DNA from: Opitutaceae bacterium
GTDB taxonomy: Bacteria > Verrucomicrobiota > Verrucomicrobiia > Opitutales > Coraliomargaritaceae
Direction of reading: 5' to 3'
Assembly: GCA_051252375.1 (NCBI GenBank)
Contig: JBPOFY010000002.1
Location: 128,001 to 192,000 of the forward strand
DNA length: 64,000 nt
In this document: positions 30,640-38,233 of the stretch, piece by piece
Numbering within the stretch: position 1 is the stretch's first letter
Layout: each line of letters begins with the position of its first letter
Made by a program: the position numbers and the translations under genes
Notes under the pieces: generated by a model
The model's input: only the letters and a program-made list of their open reading frames with translations
What the model was told of the DNA's origin: nothing
Databases searched by the model: none

Positions 30640-31390
30640 AATAGCGAATTGGAACATTGAGCGCCCACAGGCAGACCAAACTGAGAAAATCTCCGCTCTA
30701 ATAGCCCATATGCAATGTGTTGATGCGGACATTTGGATACTGACAGAAAGCAACCGACAGGTAGTGCCCGCTCCAGGATATCATTCTCAGCATAGCGGAC
30801 AACCTGATCGCCCTTCAGGAGATGGAGAAGTGTGGTGCTCGATATGGTCACGCTATGAGTTAGAGGATTTGAATACCTACGTTTCTGATCCGGCACGGTG
30901 CACCGCTGCCAGACTTCAGCACCCAACTATGGGAGGCATCCTTGTTTATGGACTGATACTTCCTTGGCACACCGACAACTGGCAAAACCGCCCCAACAAA
31001 GACGGCGTTGCTTTTACAGAGGCTCTGAAGCTCTATCAGAACGATTGGAGACGACTTACTGCTGAATTTCCAGATGACCTCTTGATCGTTGCAGGCGATT
31101 TCAATCAAAACGTAACTAATGAGCATTATTACGGCTCTGCTCTAAGGCGTGAACGACTCCAGCAAGCGATGGATGCAGACGGATTACGAATTCTGACCTC
31201 CTACGAGTCCGACCCAATCTCAAGAGATTCCCCTGACTATGCCTGTATCGACCATATCTGCGTGAGCAAGCGGCAGAACCTGAAACTAATAGAAACAACG
31301 CGATGGCCCGACGAGCCGAAGCCTGACAGAAAATTGTCTGATCACTTCGGAGTCTCAGTTCTACTTGAAGCATCCGAGAGAATGCTGTGA
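30629..31390 (+). CDS. Endonuclease/exonuclease/phosphatase (EEP) family protein
   Basis: ANWNIE, ILTE, AGDFNQ, IDHI, LSDH motifs; ATG 30629 overlaps the mcrC stop. Confidence 0.85.
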   Translation: MEFRIANWNIERPQADQTEKISALIAHMQCVDADIWILTESNRQVVPAPGYHSQHSGQPDRPSGDGEVWCSIWSRYELEDLNTYVSDPARCTAARLQHPTMGGILVYGLILPWHTDNWQNRPNKDGVAFTEALKLYQNDWRRLTAEFPDDLLIVAGDFNQNVTNEHYYGSALRRERLQQAMDADGLRILTSYESDPISRDSPDYACIDHICVSKRQNLKLIETTRWPDEPKPDRKLSDHFGVSVLLEASERML

Positions 31391-31662
31391 CACAACGAGG
31401 TGGCGGTCCCTGCATCCGCAAGCTGAGGTGAATAGAGGTTATTGTTGTGCCTCCGATTTTCCAGTTTAAGACGACTCTCTCCGCATTCTTCATCTGTCAT
31501 ACCAGCAAATCCTACAGCTAGATGCGTCACATGGCCTCAGGGGCAGGACAATTTCCAACGCCGATAGAACTGTTTCACCGAACTTAAGGACACTGCAGTA
31601 TTTGCAGATGGTGTAATCTTCGAATAACCTATTAACTCTCAAATCCGTAGAGGGTTCATATT

Positions 31663-32919
31663 ATGAGCGAAGGAAAACAAACCGAGCTAACTCGCGAGCA
31701 ACTGTTCGAACTGGTCTGGTCCAAGCCTGCGACTCAGTTAGTCTCGCAGCTTGGGATCTCGGACGTCGCAATCACAAAGGCATGTAGACGTTTTAATATC
31801 CCGAAACCACCGCGCGGCTACTGGAACAAACGAAATGCTGGACATAAGATCCGTAAACCTCGCCTGACCAAAGCCCCTGAAGGGGTGCCTGAGCAGATCA
31901 AGTTTAGAATTGGAGACTATTCGATGGATGTGGATCTCCCTCGCATTGCCACATTCCCCGAGAGTGTTGATGAACTCAACAAGATCGCCGGAGAATTGAA
32001 AGTGAAGATCGAGACAGGTGATGATGACGAAACGGGCATGGTGAAAGTGTCTGAGCGTGAATACCCCTACATTCATGTGAGTAAGAAGGTGGCCTGGAAG
32101 ACCTGCCAATGTGTGCACACGTTGATTGAGTTTCTTGAGTCGATCGGCATCGATAAAGGCTACATCAAAGACGGCAAGCAGCTCGTTTTTCACAAAGAGG
32201 GTGAGATCGTAGAACTCTCCGTCTATGAGAATACAGAAACAATAGAACTACCGCTAACGGCCAAACAGAAGAAGGCTAAATTCCCCTTTGAACGGATTCC
32301 GCAAACCAAAGAACAGCCTACTGGCATGTTAGGATTCAGCATCTCAATCCCAAAGGGTTGGGTGGCGGGGCAGGCCTACTGGAATGAGAGCGACAGGCTA
32401 AAGCTGCCGGGGATAATTCCACGTATAGCCAGGCGAATAGACAAAGTCCTTAAAGTCCGCAGGGACGAAACACTGGATCGGGAACAACGTCGCCAGGAGT
32501 ATCTCGCTCAGCAACGCATCGATGACCACCCGAAAATCATAGATGCACACAAGAAGCAGGTCGTTTCGAACCTAGAGAGCGCGACCTACTGGTGGACACG
32601 TAGCCGGGAGCTAAAGGAATATGTAAAGACCTGCCAGTCAGACTGGGAGGCCAACCAAGTGGACGGCCTTACCTCAGACCAAGAAACATGGATCGAGTGG
32701 GCTCTCAAACACGCAGAAAGGATGTCCCCCCGTGCATCAGGCTACCCCAACCCATCGACTGACGGGCCATTCGACTATGAAGCAATCCCGATCGGTGGCC
32801 CCTACCCTGAAGTTACCACAGTCCCAGAATTGCCTGAAATTAAATTCAACATCAAGAATAGCGGATACAACCAGCAACAAGCCGAGTTTAGGTATCCATT
32901 CTGGTTAAAGCATCAGTGA
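31663..32919 (+). CDS. Hypothetical protein with N-terminal HTH-like domain
   Basis: TREQLFELVWSKP...LGISDVAITKAC...IPKPPRGYW N-terminus, a type seen in mobile elements. Confidence 0.65.
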   Translation: MSEGKQTELTREQLFELVWSKPATQLVSQLGISDVAITKACRRFNIPKPPRGYWNKRNAGHKIRKPRLTKAPEGVPEQIKFRIGDYSMDVDLPRIATFPESVDELNKIAGELKVKIETGDDDETGMVKVSEREYPYIHVSKKVAWKTCQCVHTLIEFLESIGIDKGYIKDGKQLVFHKEGEIVELSVYENTETIELPLTAKQKKAKFPFERIPQTKEQPTGMLGFSISIPKGWVAGQAYWNESDRLKLPGIIPRIARRIDKVLKVRRDETLDREQRRQEYLAQQRIDDHPKIIDAHKKQVVSNLESATYWWTRSRELKEYVKTCQSDWEANQVDGLTSDQETWIEWALKHAERMSPRASGYPNPSTDGPFDYEAIPIGGPYPEVTTVPELPEIKFNIKNSGYNQQQAEFRYPFWLKHQ

Positions 32920-32969
32920 TGAATTCCCCTGCCCGAGCTAATAGGGTATTTTCGAAAGCTTGCCCCTTA

Positions 32970-33040
32970 AAGATACTGGTCGAGTTACGCAAACTGTAGC
33001 GCGAAGCGCGAAAGGAATTGAGTATACTGGCCGGTTCGGT
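32970..33040 (-). repeat. attC-like site 4 (terminal, degenerate R')
   Basis: Minus strand: ACCGAAC-cggcc-AGTATACT...CGTAACT-cgacca-GTATCTT. L''/L' pair with one extra base. Confidence 0.65.
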
Positions 33041-33047
33041 GTTTGGT

Positions 33048-33335
33048 TTATTTGCCCTCGGAGTCTTGTAGCATTCGCTCGACGATTTCTCTGCTAAACA
33101 CTTCTTCTCCTTTTTGTGTTTTAATTCTGACAGGTCTGTTTTCTAGGTATTTAATTAGATAGTGAGTTAATACTCCAATAGGAACTGACCCCGCCCATGA
33201 GATTACAACGGGAACCCATTCTGTTCCTGTGTTCCTTTTTTCGATCACAGCCGGATGGCTTACCTTAACGCCCTCAGGCGCCGATGCTTCTAGCAACACC
33301 TGGAGTGGAGATTCAACTGTAAGTTCAATTTCCAT
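33048..33335 (-). CDS. Cassette 4 hypothetical protein (95 aa)
   Basis: ATG directly follows the GTTCTGT R' box; stop lies just before attC 4. Confidence 0.7.
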   Translation of the reverse strand: MEIELTVESPLQVLLEASAPEGVKVSHPAVIEKRNTGTEWVPVVISWAGSVPIGVLTHYLIKYLENRPVRIKTQKGEEVFSREIVERMLQDSEGK

Positions 33336-33402
33336 ACAGAACGTAGAGGATGAGCATAGATGAGCGCAGCGAAATCTATGGTCTCACTCCGTCTTGATCA
33401 GC
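33336..33402 (-). repeat. attC-like site 3 (67 bp)
   Basis: Minus strand: GCTGATC-aagac-GGAGTGAG...CTCATCC-tctac-GTTCTGT; extrahelical G in L''. Confidence 0.85.
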
Positions 33403-33790
33403 CTTCCATTTTTTTGATTTTATCAAATATGTCTGACCAAGTCGTAGTCCGTTCACAAAGTCTCTGAACGATAGGCTTAATGCAGTCGATCTCGTCCGGA
33501 GTCAACGATTCCAAATTACTTCCATAAAACTGAAAAAAGGAGGTAACCCTTAGATAGGTCTCAAGATATTCTTCTCTGATATGCAGAATCTTAGACATTC
33601 CTTTTCCCTCTCTTAACTCCTTCTCTATTGAGTAGAAGTGGTCGTATACTTGAAGTGATTTAGGAGGAAAAGGACCTCCGCCAATTTCCTCGCATCTCCT
33701 CTTAAGACTGTAATGACTTTCAAACTCAGATTGATCCATAAGTTTTATATCCACTAGGATTTTCGATCTCGCATCCACTGGACTAGCCAA
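33398..33790 (-). CDS. Cassette 3 hypothetical protein (130 aa)
   Basis: Stop codon lies inside the R'' box of attC 3; start uncertain. Confidence 0.6.
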   Translation of the reverse strand: MASPVDARSKILVDIKLMDQSEFESHYSLKRRCEEIGGGPFPPKSLQVYDHFYSIEKELREGKGMSKILHIREEYLETYLRVTSFFQFYGSNLESLTPDEIDCIKPIVQRLCERTTTWSDIFDKIKKMEG

Positions 33791-33963
33791 GTTCCAGCGG
33801 CAACGAGCGCACCAAACATGATAGACGTAATAATCACCCGAACAAAATATTCATCTACGCCCAATTCCCGCCCCGCACTGCAATTCGCTGGATTAATCGC
33901 CATTAAGGCGACCACAACAAGAAAAGCCCGAAGAGCATAAATGTTTCTTTTCTTATCTTTCAT
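33754..33963 (-). CDS. Cassette 3 small two-TM membrane protein (69 aa)
   Basis: Two hydrophobic segments; co-oriented within the cassette. Confidence 0.55.
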   Translation of the reverse strand: MKDKKRNIYALRAFLVVVALMAINPANCSAGRELGVDEYFVRVIITSIMFGALVAAGTWLVQWMRDRKS

Positions 33964-33980
33964 AGAATTACCGAATCTGG

Positions 33981-34577
33981 TTAGTCTCTATATGCTGAGT
34001 TAGAGTCAGCTAATATTAGTCTAGTGGATTGAGCAACATACTCAAAGAACCATTCGTCATTCATTAACGAGCCACCCGAATCAGCTACAACCAAATATTT
34101 TACACCCTTTTTTAATCTAACCGTGAATTCCCCTTTGGGGTCGGTTATTATGAAATATTTATCCTTCAAGAATTCATGGAATTCCTCATTGTGGAAAGGA
34201 TATCTCCAGCTAGTATCCAATAAGCCCTTCGCAACGCTAAGACTCCTCCGTTGATCTTCTAATAGGCGACCTGAGTAGGGATTTCTTTTTTCCTGAGGCG
34301 TTGAATTATATCGGTCGAGTTTTTGATTATAATTCGCGACGTCTTCGTTATACTTCTGAACCTTTCGATCATATTCTTCCTTGCGCCATTGCTCTACGAA
34401 TAGCTCTGCTTCTGCCTTCTCTTTGCCATGGAGAAAGAACACTTTCATACCTGTGTGCGTGATAATTTCACCTTTCAAGTTGGGGCTGAACGCTAGGCCA
34501 TCGACTTGAATTTCCTTTTTGCAGCCAGTCACGAGAAGCGAAAGGAGTATGATTAGGAGTATTCTGTCGTGTTTCAT
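33981..34577 (-). CDS. Cassette 3 putative lipoprotein (198 aa)
   Basis: MKHDRILLIILLSLLVTGC signal peptide with lipobox. Confidence 0.7.
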   Translation of the reverse strand: MKHDRILLIILLSLLVTGCKKEIQVDGLAFSPNLKGEIITHTGMKVFFLHGKEKAEAELFVEQWRKEEYDRKVQKYNEDVANYNQKLDRYNSTPQEKRNPYSGRLLEDQRRSLSVAKGLLDTSWRYPFHNEEFHEFLKDKYFIITDPKGEFTVRLKKGVKYLVVADSGGSLMNDEWFFEYVAQSTRLILADSNSAYRD

Positions 34578-34584
34578 TTTCTAT

Positions 34585-34651
34585 GCTGATCGTAGAGAGG
34601 ACTAATAGATGAGCGCCAGCGAAATCTATTGAGACGCTCGACTGGATCTAG
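34585..34651 (-). repeat. attC-like site 2 (67 bp)
   Basis: Minus strand: CTAGATC-cagtc-GAGCGTCT...AGTCCTC-tctac-GATCAGC; shares the central gatttcgctg(g)cgctcatct with sites 1 and 3. Confidence 0.85.
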
Positions 34652-34667
34652 GGTTCAATGGTGCTCT

Positions 34668-34925
34668 TTATCGGATTCGTTTCTTTGCCAACTTGTAGCC
34701 GCCCCATGCTCCTAAGGATGCTAAAGCGACTGTTCCGACCGCAACTACAACGACGCCACCCACTGCCGTGCCTCCAACTGCTGCAAGGCCGGCCATGATG
34801 CCTGATCCTGAGAGTCCTCCACCTCCAAGCGCCGATACCGCTGCGACACCTCCGCCGACTCCAGCGCCAGTGCCAGCAATTCCACCTGCGCCAGTTCCTA
34901 TTTTTGTTTTAGTTTCTTTTTTCAT
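34668..34925 (-). CDS. Cassette 2 glycine-zipper membrane protein (85 aa)
   Basis: Repeated GxxxG motifs, hydrophobic core, basic termini. Confidence 0.7.
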   Translation of the reverse strand: MKKETKTKIGTGAGGIAGTGAGVGGGVAAVSALGGGGLSGSGIMAGLAAVGGTAVGGVVVVAVGTVALASLGAWGGYKLAKKRIR

Positions 34926-34931
34926 TCTTTT

Positions 34932-34998
34932 CTAGATCGGTGAGGATGAGCACAGATGAGCGCAGCGAAATCAGTTGTCTCACTCCGTCTTGTTATGA
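34932..34998 (-). repeat. attC-like site 1 (67 bp)
   Basis: Minus strand: TCATAAC-aagac-GGAGTGAG...CTCATCC-tcacc-GATCTAG. Confidence 0.88.
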
Positions 34999-35483
34999 TT
35001 TCGCATTTTTGTAGTCATACGGATTACATATTTCGTTTCTATGAACGCTAAGTAAATAGATACCGACCAACATGAAATCGAGATGAACGCCATTATCCCA
35101 AGTAGATCTATTTTAAAATAGGGAAAATCGATCAAAGTCTGATTAATTGGTAGCAACCCACCCTCGACTAATCCCCATGTAAGTGATGATACGAAAGATG
35201 CAATTAGCAAAACCGCGATCTTCTTGTGGGGCATCAATGAGATAATAGGCATTACCGCATCGCGATCACATTCATATATGTTAAAAATTAAATCAGCTAG
35301 TTCACTTTTACTGCTACCGAGCTGCTTTCTTGGTCCAACTCTTGAGGTGAAATCTTCAATGACAGATTCAACTCTTATTTTTCTTCTTTTTTCGAGTTGG
35401 TCGATCTTTGATTCTTCCCAAAGATATAAGCCTAGTTCGCCGGCAGCGAGTGCAAAGAAGATGTTGATTAATGAGAAATCCAT
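34980..35483 (-). CDS. Cassette 1 membrane protein (167 aa)
   Basis: About three hydrophobic segments; 3' end reads into attC 1. Confidence 0.65.
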   Translation of the reverse strand: MDFSLINIFFALAAGELGLYLWEESKIDQLEKRRKIRVESVIEDFTSRVGPRKQLGSSKSELADLIFNIYECDRDAVMPIISLMPHKKIAVLLIASFVSSLTWGLVEGGLLPINQTLIDFPYFKIDLLGIMAFISISCWSVSIYLAFIETKYVIRMTTKMRNHNKTE

Positions 35484-35488
35484 TGCCT

Positions 35489-35680
35489 CTACTTTTTGGG
35501 AAGATCGAATTCTTTGTTCTTCACTCCTTGTATAAAATCATTCCATTCCTCTAAGGAAAAAGTGACTCCTTCGTTAGGTTTGGTAGAGTTTCTTACGCAG
35601 ATCTCTCTGTTTCCTATTTTCACCTGCACGCATCTTCCGCGCATGCAGTAACTACTAGTTCTGTATTGGTTGTTTTTCAT
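35489..35680 (-). CDS. Cassette 1 DUF397-family protein (63 aa)
   Basis: YRTSSYC...CVQV...VRNSTKP...FSLEEWNDFIQGVK matches the DUF397 pattern (RKSSYS..CVEV..VRDSK.P..F...W..F). Confidence 0.8.
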   Translation of the reverse strand: MKNNQYRTSSYCMRGRCVQVKIGNREICVRNSTKPNEGVTFSLEEWNDFIQGVKNKEFDLPKK

Positions 35681-35684
35681 ATTT

Positions 35685-35709
35685 TCATAACAGTATTATC
35701 AGTCACACC
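35685..35709 (-). other. attI-like entry site of the cassette array
   Basis: Minus strand ggtgtgactgataatactG|TTATGA; GTTATGA is the exact complement of R'' TCATAAC of attC 1, and there is no attC hairpin upstream. Confidence 0.6.
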
Positions 35710-35711
35710 CA

Positions 35712-35848
35712 AAAAGTTACGAACTGGGCATGACTGTTGGGATATTTTCAATAATTTATAGACGCTAAAGGCTTAGTTCGTCAAGGTTTGGCTCGATCTA
35801 ACGTTAGTATTAAGAGAGGTTTGCGATTGTTACCAGTTCGTAACTTTT
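35712..35848. repeat. Perfect 16-bp inverted repeat flanking the putative promoter
   Basis: AAAAGTTACGAACTGG (35712-35727) and CCAGTTCGTAACTTTT (35833-35848); a third 13/16 copy at 35865-35880. Confidence 0.85.
35755..35784 (-). promoter_or_regulatory. Putative sigma70 cassette promoter (Pc-like)
   Basis: Minus strand TTGACG-18 bp-TATAAA pointing into the array, ~65 bp upstream of the attI-like site. Confidence 0.55.
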
Positions 35849-36495
35849 ACAGCACTCCAAACTTCCAATTCGTAACCTTCACTCTCCGGTGAACCACCGA
35901 ATAGAAGCTTAGGCCAAGTCTACGCCCCGAGCTTGTGGAATGCTTTGAGAAAGTCCTTCCTGTTTTGATCGAAGCGCTGATGGCCGTCAAAATTCAAGCG
36001 TCGTTGATTCACTAAAAATGCTGGCATTATATATGCCCCAGGTGGAATTGCGCGCAAAGACAATCACGACGTCGACGTTGCTGTCCTTCCATCGGTTTAC
36101 CAGTTTATGGTTCTCTCCTGACGCCTCGACAGTCTTGATTTCATTAGAACCATTTAAGGTCGGCTTATGCGACTAATCAGCCCGCTAAGTTACGTGAATA
36201 CTCGTGAAGTGCTTTACACAGATGGTTGATTCCGGGCGAATCAAGCAGCAGATTGATCGTGCCACTTTAAGCTGATCTAGGGGCTGGTGAACAAGCCCAG
36301 AAAAGTAGCCGCTAAGGTGATCTGGGGACTCAGGCTCTGTGCTGTTGGTTGTTGCGCGCGACACCTTCACCACCCTGCATAAAGCAGTCCGTGCCCTGGC
36401 GGTGAAACACCCTCTCCCGCCGAGGATGAGCGCGGCCTACCCCAACCTCCGCCGCCTCCATATACTGATCATTAACGCTCTGGCTCCAGCCTCGG

Positions 36496-36678
36496 TTATC
36501 TCTTGGTCGTTTTGGTGGAGAAAGGATTGTTGTTGATATGGGTCGCAAGCAGTCGGTTGATCAACTGCGAGCGGTCAACGCCTAGCGCCTTCGCGCGCAC
36601 ATCCAGCTTTTCAAGTAGATCCGCCTCGATTCGGAGTGAAATCTGTTTGCCTTCATCGTATCTGCGTGGTCGTGCCAT
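36496..36678 (-). CDS. Ribbon-helix-helix (CopG/Arc-like) regulator
   Basis: KQISLRIEADLLEKLDVRAKALGVDRSQLINRLL. Confidence 0.75.
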   Translation of the reverse strand: MARPRRYDEGKQISLRIEADLLEKLDVRAKALGVDRSQLINRLLATHINNNPFSTKTTKR

Positions 36679-36827
36679 AGTTTGGGTGCCGTGTTTATCG
36701 CCCTAGCTCCGGGCTATTCGTAAAATATCGTTATTTTGCATCCCAAGTCAATGTATTTTGGGATACAATTGGAATATCCCTAAATTAAACATTGACCAAT
36801 ATGTATCGTAATACAATACATAGCGAT

Positions 36828-37013
36828 ATGGACAAGCAAATCAGCATCAGCCTGGACGAGCCGACTTATGACACACTCAAAGCAAAAGCGAGGGCCGAGG
36901 GGAGCCGCTCGATGGCTAGTTTGATTCGTGAGATCCTCGCGCGGTATTCGTCACGAGTGAATAAGCAACCGCCGATCCCGGCGGAAAATCTGGTATCAAC
37001 GCCAACAATCTAA
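36828..37013 (+). CDS. Ribbon-helix-helix (CopG/Arc-like) regulator, divergent
   Basis: MDKQISISLDEPTYDTLKAKARAEGSRSMASLIREIL. Confidence 0.75.
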   Translation: MDKQISISLDEPTYDTLKAKARAEGSRSMASLIREILARYSSRVNKQPPIPAENLVSTPTI

Positions 37014-37023
37014 GCACCATACG

Positions 37024-37728
37024 ATGCCATCTCATCTACCTAAATCTGCGCCAGCTGGTCGGCAAACTGCCGAACAAACTGATTTCCTGACCGTCGTGGT
37101 CGGACTCCAACCCAAAGAGATCGAAGGGGGGTCTATTTTATCGGTGATGATTTCCAAGCTTGAGGAGCCTGGTCGATTGACTGGTGCCCAGCTTGCGCCG
37201 GGAATAATGCGTGCAGCTCTCATCCTACTACATGAGGGCGGGGTGCCGAAGGAAGCAGCGGACGAGCTAAAGATTCACTACTACATTGCTCAAACCAATC
37301 AGGCTGGATCTCTGGGAATTGTAGCAGTCAATAAAAAGGAGACAGATCAGCTGGCCGGTAATGTCGGCCGTCGGGCGCGCCTCTCGGATCTCCTACCGGG
37401 CTCGGATCAACCGATTGGAGCGCAGGAAAACTTAACCGTAAAAGAACCCGGCACGGAGGCCGGAGGTGTCCAGAATGGTGATCTGTCCGCACTAATGCCG
37501 CTTCCCCACGGTGCCGTGATCGCAGCTAGTCGGCGTGTGGTGGCACTAAAAGCGGATAAGGAGTCGGATCATATTCCGCAAGTCGTTGATCGTGTGGACG
37601 AGGACGCGCCAAACCCGCTGACAAACAATCAAGGTCAGGCGAGCGAGCCGGTCGAAGAGGCGGTGAGGTGGGTGCCCGGAAAAAAAGGGGCGGGGGGGGG
37701 GTCGGCGCGAAGCCGTGGTCACTGGTGA
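37024..37728 (+). CDS. Hypothetical phage-like protein
   Basis: 234-aa ORF in the operon behind the RHH gene; G10 tract near the 3' end. Confidence 0.5.
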   Translation: MPSHLPKSAPAGRQTAEQTDFLTVVVGLQPKEIEGGSILSVMISKLEEPGRLTGAQLAPGIMRAALILLHEGGVPKEAADELKIHYYIAQTNQAGSLGIVAVNKKETDQLAGNVGRRARLSDLLPGSDQPIGAQENLTVKEPGTEAGGVQNGDLSALMPLPHGAVIAASRRVVALKADKESDHIPQVVDRVDEDAPNPLTNNQGQASEPVEEAVRWVPGKKGAGGGSARSRGHW

Positions 37729-37774
37729 GTAATGAGTTTGAAGCTCGTAATTTTTTTTAACAAAGGAACCGATC

Positions 37775-38233
37775 ATGAAACAAAATACAGTATATGAGGT
37801 AGATGCGGCCACGCAGCTTGGTGTTGGCCGTAAGGTGCTTGTGGACTTACGTTTGAGGCTTCCCCTAGTCAAAGGGGAGCACTGGCGCTACGGGCAGAAT
37901 AAGAAGGTTTATTACAAACCGGCCGGATTGGTGTTGCTGTTAGAGGCGCTGGAAATTCCGCCCGAAAATCCACCCTCCGAAACCGCCAAAATCACCCCCC
38001 TCCCCTCAATCACGGCGCAAGCAGTCATAATACGCGCTGTGGTGGCTCATGTGCCCGGCAACACGAAGATACTGGAATGCCGCTCAAAAGAGGCAGAAGG
38101 CGTGATAGTGGTGCGCGTGCAGGATAATCGCAAGTGGGTGCCGGGAATGAAGCTAACAGTGCGCAAGGCGATGGAGATCCCGTCGCTCTGGTATCTGGAA
38201 GGTCGAAGCCCACGCAGAAAGGGGCAAATGTAA
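37775..38233 (+). CDS. Hypothetical phage-like protein
   Basis: 152-aa ORF, TAATG-coupled to the replication gene. Confidence 0.6.
   Translation: MKQNTVYEVDAATQLGVGRKVLVDLRLRLPLVKGEHWRYGQNKKVYYKPAGLVLLLEALEIPPENPPSETAKITPLPSITAQAVIIRAVVAHVPGNTKILECRSKEAEGVIVVRVQDNRKWVPGMKLTVRKAMEIPSLWYLEGRSPRRKGQM

Larger units (their letters stand above)
32970..35691 (-). mobile_element. Integron-like gene cassette array (4 cassettes, 7 ORFs); no integrase in window
   Basis: Four attC-like hairpins, co-oriented short ORFs with very short leaders, and each cassette's first 7 bp complementary to its own R'' box. Confidence 0.85.

Noticed and set aside
31390..31451. CACAAC...GTTGTG after the EEP gene as another attC
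   Set aside because: Only the outer 6 bp pair; there are no complementary L''/L' boxes.
33336..34998. The 67-bp repeats as a CRISPR array or REP family
   Set aside because: They are separated by whole genes of variable length, no cas genes are present, and their geometry matches attC.
35681..35709. dif (XerCD) site
   Set aside because: GATAA/TTATG arms resemble dif, but the spacer is 5 bp and the right arm is explained as the start of cassette 1.
35890..36400. Integrase (intI) remnant next to the array
   Set aside because: Only short interrupted frames; no tyrosine-recombinase motifs were recognisable by eye. A translated search would be needed to exclude it fully.
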